This document shows, piece after piece, positions 49,932 to 60,590 of a stretch of DNA of 64,000 nucleotides. Each line of letters begins with the position of its first letter. Within the stretch, counting starts at the first letter, position 1. Both the position numbers and the translations under genes were made by a program. The notes under the pieces were generated by a model. It did not search any database, had not been told where the DNA came from, and saw only the letters and a program-made list of their open reading frames with translations. The DNA is from Oikopleura dioica (taxonomy: Eukaryota; Animalia; Chordata), in contig OU015569.1 of the NCBI GenBank assembly GCA_907165135.1, positions 9,114,001 through 9,178,000 on the forward strand, written 5' to 3'.

Positions 49932-51701
49932 TTAAAAGAAAGAATCCGATTCTGGAAATTGCTGGTCCCAAACGTTAAAATGTTGGTACATTTCAAAGGT
50001 GGTGCTATTCGCCTGAACACAGCTACTAGTTGAGTTTTTCGACGGTGAAAGGTCAGTGATCAGTTGCTCCATCGAAATAACTGTACCAACGACCATTCCC
50101 ATTACGCCGAAACTGCATATCACTAATAATTGCTCAATTTTAGCTTAAGCTAACTGCTAATTCTTCATCAAAAATAAATCTATTTTGATTCTAGAAGAGA
50201 CTCGTGAGCGTTACTTACGGGCGTTTTTCGCGAGGATGAGCACGTATTTCCATTTTCGCAGAGGCTGATTATGATGCAGAATTACACTGTCTATCAAAGG
50301 CGGGAGAATCAAGGCGAGCATAGAAGAAGCAAGTGCGCCAACTAAAGAGATGATGTCCCCCAAATCTGGAATAGCGATCGCAAGAGCGCCGGTGAGCCCG
50401 ACCAGCATGTAGCGAAAGAAAAGCTCATTTCGAACAGGATGTGCTGGATAGGTAATATTTGAATATGAAAGGAGCTTCAGGCAGTTACCTGTTCTCGAGC
50501 AGAATTTATCTTTAAATGCCGGCCAGAGGAACGTAATAGGTACGTAGAATTGAACCGCGAAGCTGATAAAGATGACGCATGAATAAAGGATCTTCGTCGC
50601 AGCATAAAGATCTCCCTCTGGAAGATTTAGTGTCACTGAGCCACAAATCGTGTCCCCAAATGTGCGGTAGCCTTAATCTCCGTAAAGCGAGTTGAGTTAT
50701 TCTCGAGCCTTACCTAAAACACCCATGGTAACGTAAAGCGCTGTGACAAAGAACATTCCAATGTTAAGAATCATTGGAAAGTCTTCAGGCTTGTCGATGT
50801 TATTTTCAAGGGGTAGGACAACGGAGATCCCTTCGAACGAAAAGCAGGCTGCGCCGAAGAAGAGGGCAAAGTTCTTGAAGGATTGGACTTTAGGAAACTG
50901 GGACGTATCTTGAGCGTGTGGAATCAAGTACGAGAAGATGAAGGCAACCGAAATCCCAGTTGCCAAATTCGCCACGGCGGAGAAGGGAGCTAGATGATCC
51001 AAATTTCTAATTGAGCAAAGAGCGCAAAAAGGAACGACCAGTATTGCCATTATCGCTCGCTGCGAGTTGTGCGGATCATCCGTGAGCATTTTCGCGAATG
51101 AGGAGCTTTCATCGAGGTACTCAACCATAACTTCGTAGATATTCGCTGCAATGAAGACGAAGTAGGCACAGCAGAACCCGAACTGCGTCACGATGATAAA
51201 CAGATTCACAATTTTCGAGCCAAGCTCGGCATGTTTCCTAAACCAAGGCGAGCCGTAGTACTAGAAAAATAAAGTAAATTCAAAGAGGTTATCCGGAGTT
51301 AGTACCTCGAGCGTCGCTGTACCCACTTCGCCGTAATCTAAGTTCGAGCAGCCCGTGATCGGACAGAGATGTTGCGACGCCTTCACCAACAGGTGCATGC
51401 AGTGAGTAGCCATCAAGGCCATGAGAAGGAGCATAATAGGCCCAAGGACCCATCCGCCATGGTAAATAGCGAGCGGCAGCGCCAGCAACCCCGTGCCAAC
51501 ATTTCCTTAGATTGACAAATAAACATAAGCATTTCCTATTCGAGCATACCCTTGAAAAGATGCATCAACGTTTCCAGCCTCGTCGTCGTGTGTTCATTGG
51601 CCTCTCTTGATGTCAAAAATGAGCTTTCCGGTGTATTATTGAGCATCTGTTGAGTCGACGCAGTCAAATCGTCATCTCCCGATCCTGCCGTCCGATTCAT
51701 T
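49932..51701 (-). CDS. Proton-coupled amino acid transporter (SLC36/PAT family)
   Basis: ETLMHLFKGNVGTGLLALP, TQFGFCCAYFVF, FFGAACFSFEGISVVLPLEN, FISFAVQFYVP, SLVGALASSMLALILPP. Confidence 0.92.
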
Positions 51702-52236
51702 TTTACTTTTCTGAAAGAGAATCACCTCATATGATGCTTTTAATTAAAATTATCCTCTCGGACTTTTGTAACTCTTTATATAATGTAAAGAATTTACGAG
51801 TACGTGGGAAAATAGTTGGTTTCATTTGGACTGACAAATGGGCTAAATTCATTCAACAAAATTATTCAAGACGCTGTTCTGTATGAATAATAACTTCGTA
51901 AGTGATCCCCTACTCTTTTCAAAAGCCCGTATAACTTCCGATATAATAAGGTTGAGAAAAAGAACTAAAGAAAGAGCACACACGGATTTTTTGGAGAGTA
52001 AAGAGCAAGACAAGGAGTAGAACTCACATAATTGCTCATCGTCTTTTCATTCTTGTCGTTCCCCGGTCTTAGCGGGCCCTCTTTGTCTTTTGAGTTCATT
52101 TTAGGAAGGCTGTGTCTGTTCAACTTAGAGCCAAGCTGGGAACAATAAGTTATGATGAGAAGGCGTCTTTCGAAGGTAGTCAGTTCTTATGGGTTTTTTT
52201 GTTTGAGATGGAAATCGAGGTGCGAACTTTTGGAAG

Positions 52237-54524
52237 TTAGGCGGCCATATGAGAAAATATACTCGGCATATGGAAGGTATAGTGATGGGGGATACTGAGG
52301 GGTAAGGTTGGCAGCGGGTAGGGGTGGTAAGGGTGGTTGTAGGGGGTCGGTAGTTAGGTCTGTCACAAGGCTTTCTTCCTAGTCTGGTGTACCCTTATTC
52401 GTCAGGTGTGTCTCTCTGTTGAGCTGTGGTACTCTCGGCGGCGCGAGTTGAGCCAGTGTGTTGTAACCAGACTACTCGACCCGACGCGCGCTGCTCGAGG
52501 GCAAAACACACGGCCCGCCTACGCCCACCACACCTCCTACTCAACGCCAGTCCGTGACGCATCCCAGCCACAAATTCTAGCGTCACAGTCCATCCATTCC
52601 ATCCTCCACTCCAGCCCCATTCGAAATCACTCTCCTAAAAGAGATTTCTCCAAGAGTTAATTTCGAGCGAAAAGTTTTATCCTTATCCGAGAGAATTCTT
52701 TCTCGTTATCTCTATCTGCGCCAAACTAGTTAGAAACAAGGAAGGTTTTCAAGCTGATATCTAACTGGTGTGCCAAGCTTTTGTTCTTTCTTGCCGAGTA
52801 AGTTCTGAAGCTTCTTGAAAGTGAATGCTGATTGCGATTGGGAAAGGAAGCGGTCACACGCTGAGTCCCCCGATAAGCGAGCGTGGGAATGTTTCACAGT
52901 GTCCTAGGGTGTGGTAGAAGTCAGCGATTATTCTGGTTTTGTAGTAGAGATGGGCGCTGCATGTCCGAGGCGCCATGTTTTGCGCAAAAAGCAGAAAATA
53001 CAAGCGCCGCTGTGCGGTAATAGCCAAAGCTAGAGTGGCAAAGCCACCACTTTCCATCTCGCTCTTTCTCTTACGACTTTTTCCATCGCCGATGAAGACT
53101 TCCGCGCCTCCTTGCTGAGTGATGTTTGCTTCGAAAAGCTAGAACTATCCTCTTCCCTAGCTCCATATTCATTGAATCTAAGAAATTTGTAGTTAAAAAT
53201 AAACGCCGTATTCTTCACAGTGGTATTTCCCCTACAGCAAGCAATCGAAACTTCTAAGTCGACGACAATCGACTTGCAAGAACATGAAGTAAGAAAGGAT
53301 GAGGCGGACGTGGCTACCCTAGCCCCTCTGCCTGGGTATGCTGATTGGTCAAGTGAGTCTAGTGTTTCAGCTGGACCGTACAACGAATCAGGTATTCCGT
53401 ACGCTTTTTTCACTTGCACTACACTTGGAAGAGGCTACGATACAAAATGGCGATTGTCAATGTCGATAAGTTTATTGATTCCGAGGGTTGGGTGATAAGT
53501 CGGAAAGTGTCAACATTCCAGAGGAGGCGCTGGAACGGTCATCTAAGCCACTTGCGGCTTCGTTGTTGGCTTCTTCTTCTTCGTCTTCTTCGTAGTTTGA
53601 CTCTGAGAAGGTACTCATCGTTTTTCGGGCAACCTCGCGTTTCTCCTTCGCCATCTTTGCCTCGGCAATCTGCAACGAGGTCCAAAAAGTAAAGTAACAA
53701 GCTTTTACTTCAATATGACAAGGACCGCTCCTTGTTTTGAAAGTTGCGCGTCGAGATGTCAGACATGACGCGTTTGATCGAGTATCTCCAAGCCTCCGAG
53801 GCTGTTCCTCGTAAATGGCAGCTCTCCTCGCTGCTGGTTCCTGTCCGCAGCTTCGATATAAGTTTCTAGGGCTGGCCCTCCGTTGAAAGAATTCGAAACG
53901 CTTCCTGAAATCATTCTAAAGTCAGACGAGGTGCGGAACATTCGCGCCGGCGTGCTCTTCCGGTAAAAGTCATTGTCAATCAGCTCATCGCTGGACACGG
54001 CCTGCTGGATCAAATTTGGATTTGTCTTCTCGTAGAACTTCATTAGCTTCTTTTTCTCCTTCTTTGAGGTAGGGAACTCGACGCCTGTTTTTTCCGCGAC
54101 GACTTCTACTCGCCAGTTCATTCTGCTATCTTTGGGCTAAAAGGTGATCTTACGAAGCTAAGACTCACTGCAATTTTAAAACTTTGGAACTGCTCCTAAT
54201 ACAGGGTCTTCTTTGATTCTATAAAGACGAACCGTTAGTTCACAGCACAGAAAAGAGAAACTTACATTCCCAGAAGCGAGCTTGTTTTACTCTCGATGCT
54301 GTTCAGACTCCTGGTGACACTCACTCTCGACGATTTGGACTTTTGTTCGGATTAAACGACAAATTCAAGTTTATTTTTCAATTAAAGACTTTTCAATTAA
54401 TCTTTCCGGCGCTTTCCTTCGATCTCAGCAAAGAGCTGCGTCCCCTAGAAAGGGTAGAAGATCGACTGCGGGTTGATTCTCGCGGCTCCGGTCCCGTTCG
54501 CCGCCTTAGAAAGCCGAAACACAT
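52237..54524 (-). CDS. Hypothetical Ser/Arg-rich, low-complexity protein
   Basis: Series of open exons (54524-54400, 54121-53770, 53670-53480, 53420-53030) and a Pro-rich final exon ending ...YAEYISHMAA*. No family recognised. Confidence 0.55.
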
Positions 54525-54807
54525 TTGCCTTTATCTCTCTTCCGTTCACGAAATTTGAAGGGGACAGTACAATCCAGCCAATCAACAAGTCCGGGAATCT
54601 AGAAAGCCAAAAAAGTAACGAAAATCCATCTCGCGAACTCTAACAAGACTAAAGTTTACGTTTCCTTTCGCAGAACACCGGAACAAAATGTAACGGCATC
54701 TTATGTTTTCATGTTTATTATTTTATAATATTGGTTATTTTAATTAGTGCATTCTCGAGTAAGTATAACTGTAAATCATATTATTTAACTTCTGGGCACT
54801 GATCAGC

Positions 54808-54879
54808 GGTCTTATGGTGTAACGGTTAGCACTCTGGACTCTGAATCCAGCGATCCGAGTTCAAATCTCGGTAGGACCT
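54808..54879 (+). tRNA. tRNA-Gln (anticodon CTG)
   Basis: 72-nt cloverleaf with acceptor stem GGTCTTA/TAGGACC, anticodon arm CTGGA-CTCTGAA-TCCAG and T-loop GTTCAAATC, followed by a T5 terminator. Confidence 0.97.
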
Positions 54880-54934
54880 CTCTTTTTGCATTTTGTTTTC
54901 GCGACCGGAAGTGCGGAAAAAGGTTGAAAAAGAG

Positions 54935-55006
54935 AGGTCCTACCGAGATTTGAACTCGGATCGCTGGATTCAGAGTCCAGAGTGCTAACCGTTACACCAT
55001 AAGACC
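54935..55006 (-). tRNA. tRNA-Gln (anticodon CTG), identical inverted copy
   Basis: Exact reverse complement of 54808-54879, with its own T5 terminator. Confidence 0.97.
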
Positions 55007-55329
55007 GTTGAGAGAAGATCAAAATTTTATTTATATATTAAATAATTTAAACTTAAATCAAAATATTGTTAATAATCTGAATCTAAAAAGAGCACAGCTG
55101 AGAATTTCGCTCGCTGGAGAAAAGTAGCTCTATAAAAATATGGACTTTAAATTTTCAAAGCTTCAGTAAATCAAATGTAGAATCATGGTATTTCTTCGAG
55201 ACGTAAAAGAAGAGCTGACTTTGAGACAATAAGAAGATCTTACCTGTAGTGACAGTGGCTCGAATTTTCGAGTCGAGCTCCTATGTCGAGATTCATGAAA
55301 TTTTGGTATTTTGAAATTTTGGTTATATA

Positions 55330-56339
55330 GAAACGACAGCAAAGAAGACGGCTTTGCCAACATCGTTAAGCAACAAACGGAATTCGTACATTATGTACTC
55401 TCTCAGGATCAAATGACCAGGAAACTGAGTAGGGATCATCATTGTCTTCTTCGATATTTTTTCGGAGCGAGAAAATTTGACTGGGAAATTTTTTATTTTG
55501 AAAATTGCTTTTTTTCGGTATATCAACTTCTGAGTAACTGATTGTCTGATGAAAATTTATGGCCACGTAGCTTTTCAGTCTTGTACAGAGAGAGCCCTTA
55601 GATTCTCATATGGGATGAATGTGCTCTTGGAATGCGACTCATCAGCTTGATGATAGGATCATTATTATAATCTGCTGTTGGGCCCTCTAGACGAAAAGTC
55701 TGTCAGAAAATGCAATAGCCAAATATAATATTTTATAATAATTTATTGAATATGATTGTGCTTTTCTGGCAGACTATGAATTATTACTTTTGCGTAATTT
55801 ATTAATATAAGAATAAATCAAAATTGACAAATTTTGAATAGTAACTCGCAGAATAGAGAAACTCCCAATTTATTGACAACAGCAGTGCGAAGCTCCCCAT
55901 AAAAGTTTTTCGAGAAGAGATATTCAATCTTGCGACCACCAATATCGACTCATTAGAAGTTGGCCAATGTTAAAATCGAAATATGTCGTTTGAGTCTGGA
56001 TAAGAGATTAGATCCAAATTGACGAGGATGAGATTCATACTTTTTTCCCTGTTAAACTTCTGCTTTCTCGGAGTCGACTCAGAATCAATCGGTTAGTTGG
56101 ACCTTCTCTTCCTTGATTTCAAACAAAGGTCTTCAGAAAAAGCAAGAATAAGAAGAATGCTTGAAGACAGATTGAGACCACGAAGAAGAGAATCGACTTA
56201 TCAAGTTAATACGAAGCGCAAAACGAAAAGAAGCTTTGATAAGATTATAGGCTAACGATGTTTTTTTTAAAACCTTGAGTAGCTTTAACCTAAACCTTGA
56301 GCTGAAGCCTTGAAGCAGCGATCGTCCGAGATTCTCCAT
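55330..56339 (-). CDS. Hypothetical multi-exon protein
   Basis: ORF 56339-56133 plus downstream open stretches such as VDIGGRKIEYLFSKNFYGELRTAVVNKLG. The model was not resolved. Confidence 0.35.
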
Positions 56340-56676
56340 CGTTCTCCTCGTAAGTGATAGATTTGCTTTTATTTCGCGTCACGTTTTTACATAGAACTCG
56401 TACTGTACAGTGCACACCGTTGGAATAGAAAAGGCCTCATTAGAGGAGAGAGACATTACATTTATTTTTTGTTTTCTAACTGGCCGTGCATTATTAATTT
56501 TTACAGATAGGCCATTTTACTGTTACGTGGTTTGAGATCAAAGCGATGAAAATCAATGCTTAAGCATTCGGGCGCGATCATTTTTTAATAATTCTGATAA
56601 CAGATTTTACGCGATCAGCGCTCCAAAAACATCAACCTTTGGGATTCAATTAAATAAGCTTTTTTTCAGAGAAGAA

Positions 56677-58802
56677 ATGCGTTTTTGCTTTTTCTTTCTT
56701 AGTTGCTGTAGACTCGCATTTGCGTTGTCCATAAATACGACAGAGGTGCAAGAGTCGCTAAAGATTGAAGAAAAAACTATCAGAGACCTAAAAAGTAAGG
56801 GTGTTGGAAAATTAATGCGACTTCGTGGACGCTTGACAGACCAAGACAGAATAAACAAATTACTAAGTAATTATCATACTTTCCGGTGTTTCTTTTCGTC
56901 TTTGAAAATGACATTGATTTTAGTACTGAACATAAATTAGGTTAAATATGAAGCATTTTATATTTAACATTCCCATGTGTTTTGATAAAATATGAGCTTG
57001 GATGAGAACTGCTTTAACTCTATGTGATTGCAGGTAAAATGGACAAGAGAATTCGGCCATTCGAAGATATCGCACCTTTGAATGTATCTATCAACCTTTT
57101 CATATCCTCTTTCGACTCTATCGCCGAAACAACGATGGACTTTGGGCTCACATTTATCATGAGGTTAGCAAAGATAGTTATGCATCGCTGTCTAAGTATA
57201 TTTTCAGGCTTCGCTGGCAGGATCCGCGGATGATGTTCCCCGACATTACCAACGAGAAGACTTACAACAACCGGACAATCTTGACCATGGACTTGAAATT
57301 TCTGGACGAGCTCTGGGTTCCTGGTTAGCATTAACAAAACGCTGTTTCTAAAGTATCTTTAGACGTCTTCTTCGCGAATGAAAAGTCAGCGAATGTGCAC
57401 CAGATAACATCGGATAATAAACGGCTTCGCATTGACTCGGCGGGCTACATTTATCTAGAGATGCGTTTATCAGCCACTTTATCTTGCCATATGCGATTCG
57501 AGCATTTCCCGATGGACGTTCAGGTGCTTTCACGTTTTAGCCCAGCACTGGTCTTCTCTAACCGTGAAGTTAGGTCTGTGCGATCGAGATCGAGTCTTTT
57601 GCATACGATACAGCTGACGTCAATTTCGACTGGGACTCCACTCCCGGAGGAGTCGAACTTGCACGTTCAATCGAATTGCCCCAATTCAAATTACAAGGTA
57701 GACTAAAACTTGGTTATTTCGTTATGAAGATGAATGAATTTTGAGGCCATGTTCTTGGTAAATGCGACAGTCCACGAGGAAATTTCACGTGTATAGAAGG
57801 AAAATTTATTCTTTCTCGTCAGATGGGCTACTATCTTATCCAGGTGCACTATGATATCAAATATATATATTTTTTAATTTTTTTTCTCGTTTTGGAAAAC
57901 TTTTTGTTCCTTCTGACAGTTAGAAAATAGAAGAATATCGTTTATTGTTTCAAGTTTGAACTGAGAGTTTATTCCTAGGCTTATGTGCCAACGACGCTGA
58001 TCGTGATGCTGAGCTGGATTAGCTTTTGGATTTCGATCAATGCGACTCCCGCACGTGTCTCGGGCCGTGGTTGCTCAGATTCCAAAGCCATAAATTACCA
58101 TTTCTCGGGCAGAAATTATGGCCTCCATGACCGTGATAACGTGTCAATTTATTCGCGAAACTGAATGGAGCGCGAGTCTATCGCTATGCTTATTAGCGGC
58201 AAATTAAGACGCTTAGAGATATTGAGCCGGAGGATTAGTTTGCTAACCGGATCAACTTGAGTGAGCACTTCGTCTAAGCTAGGAATTACGACTGTTCTCA
58301 CCATCACTTCCCAAAGAAGCGCACTTACAGACAGGGATGCGAATCTATTCGTGAAAGTTTTATTTTATTCAAAAACTGTAGAAATAGATAGTTTTCCATC
58401 TCTTCATTCAGCCGCACTGCCGATGGTTTCTTATGTCATGGCCATTGATATATGGGTCCGGTTCCAAATGAATAAATTATTTTCGCCGATTCAAAAGGAA
58501 AAAAACAACGCATCGGACCCTTTTAAAAGATGTCACTTTGCATGGCTTATGTTTTCGCCGCAGTGGTCGAGTATGCGATTGCTAACTTCATCGACAAACC
58601 TGATATTGATCGACTGGCTAGGAGAGCGTTCCCCTCCACATTTGCGGTCGTCTGGTCAGTTTTATCTTTGTTTTCCTTCTTTTTCATTTTCAGCTCTTTC
58701 TATTACGCGTACTATGCCGTCTGCGTGAACGAACTTCCCGGCCTGAGCGAGCAGATGACCCGTTGGGTCGGCGACGAACGAATGCGAAAGCTCAAACCAT
58801 GA
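56677..58802 (+). CDS. Cys-loop ligand-gated anion channel, glycine-receptor-alpha-like
   Basis: Signal peptide, WVPDVFFANEK, Cys-loop LSCHMRFEHFPMDVQVC, RQMGYYLIQ, LSWISFWI, PARVSLGITTVLT (anion-selective PAR motif), LPMVSYVMAIDIW, VFAAVVEYA. Confidence 0.92.
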
Positions 58803-58839
58803 ACGGCCAAATTTAATTTGCTACCGCGTACAACTGTCA

Positions 58840-59800
58840 ATTTGTCTGTATATTGAATATATCGGAACTCGATTGCCTCAACAGATTCTTGCAGCGCTCA
58901 GAATTTTCGCAAAGGTGTTCGATGCAGCCTTTCCAAATGCTTATATAGAATTCCAATCTGAGAAGCTCAGCTGAACTGGCGCTTATCTAATCCACTCCGC
59001 GACAAGAAGCTTAAATTTCATAAGCTCGTCATAATTTTTCCACGCCTTAAATTTGATTGTAACGAAATCTCTGCGTTGACTCTGGCCACGGTTACGAAAC
59101 AAGCTTATCAAGGGACTTCTTCAAGGAACCAAGCCATGTTTCTTCACGTAAGGTGCATCGCCCAAAATACTCTATGTTGTGTATAAAAATATGACGACGA
59201 ATTTAGCCACTCAAATTCTGTTAGATCTCACGAACACATAATTCTCTTATTGCAATTTCATTATAGTAAATGTTACAAAAAGTACCCACAAGAATCTATC
59301 AGCTGTTGCAATTAAATTTAACGTGCTTTTAAAATTAATTTGGAGAATGAAAGTTGAATAATTTTAAAAGACTACCATTCGAATAATATATTTCACCAAG
59401 ACTAGCAAAATGCTACACTACTAGAGATAATAGCTAATAAAGGATCTCAGAAGGTCCAACTAAAAATGCGCTTCTTAGGGTCAAACGTGCCAAAATGCCG
59501 ATTTTTTGGTGAAATGGAAACATAGGAGTTAGTAGATGGATTCGAGAGGCTCCGAGGTTTTCGTGAGCTGCTGCTGTTACGCTCAGTAGATGTGTCGATT
59601 AGTGGTTATAACGTGGTTTTTCATGATTATGGTAGTGTGAGGTGTTCTAATGATGTGGTTTTTGTCGCCCGGGGCGGAGACCAGTTTCGAAAGCGCCTCG
59701 CATCGGAGGATGAGGACGACGCTAGTGAGTCTTTTTACCAACCGCGCCGCACGTTTCCTACTTTTTTCTAGAGCCCGAGTTCTCAGAGAAAAAAAGGGTT
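58840..59800 (-). CDS. Hypothetical multi-exon protein
   Basis: Open exons such as RDFVTIKFKAWKNYDELMKFKLLVAEW and AELLRLEFYISIWKGCIEHLCENSERCKNLLRQ...QTN*. The start was not resolved. Confidence 0.35.
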
Positions 59801-59997
59801 GAGACCGAGAAAGAAAGTCGGTTGAAGCCAACAACCGCGACGGTCAAGAAGAATACTAAAACTACACGAGAGCAGTGAAAAAAATAGAGCCTAGAACAAG
59901 AACAAGAGCAGAAAAAACGCGCAAATCATGAAACTGGTAGGTCCCCGAATCGCCCGCTAGAGGCGCGCCTGCGAGCATAGAACGTTAACATTAACCG

Positions 59998-60027
59998 ATG
60001 ACCTTGGTGTTCAAGGTCATTTGACCT
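59998..60027. promoter_or_regulatory. Cluster of three nuclear-receptor half-sites (TGACCT..AGGTCA..TGACCT)
   Basis: atgaccttg-gtgtt-caaggtcat is a perfect 9-bp inverted repeat, immediately followed by another tgacct. It lies upstream of the protease gene. Confidence 0.35.
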
Positions 60028-60590
60028 TTTTCCTCACTTATGGGTGTCAATAACGATCGAATAAAATTCGGCAGATGAATTTTATCGAGCTTTTTTTATA
60101 GCTTTAGCCGAATAACTTCGATCAAGCAATCAAAATTGATATTCTTCAGATTCTAACACAATGAAGAATTACTTTTTTATTTTGAAAGTATCCAATGAAG
60201 ACCATTAAAGAGCGCTAATATTATATAAAATTCAGAGTATCAAGCTTATTGAATATTGTTTTCAGAGTACAATCAATATTCACGATTATAAGAACTAAAT
60301 TTTTTTACGCGAAAATAACCATTCATTTTTCAATTGATATTGAAGTGTAAACAATGTGATCATAAAGAGAATAAATAATTTGCTTTATGTAATAAAAATT
60401 GTAAAAAAAAATCGGCAGTTTCGATAATTCATGCGACGGAGATCGAGATACTTAGCAGTTTTTGAAGTGTTGTGAGATCCATTGTGTAGAAAGTCAGAGA
60501 ATAACCCGTACGGTACTATGCGTATTTTTACTTGTTTTTGTGCTATGTAAAGCGTTATCATAATAACGTTGAGCCTCTGTTACCACTTTC

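Noticed and set aside
52281-52360. G-run-rich tract resembling a G-quadruplex or telomeric repeat
   Set aside because: It is explained as the antisense of a Pro-rich coding exon and has no regular repeat unit.
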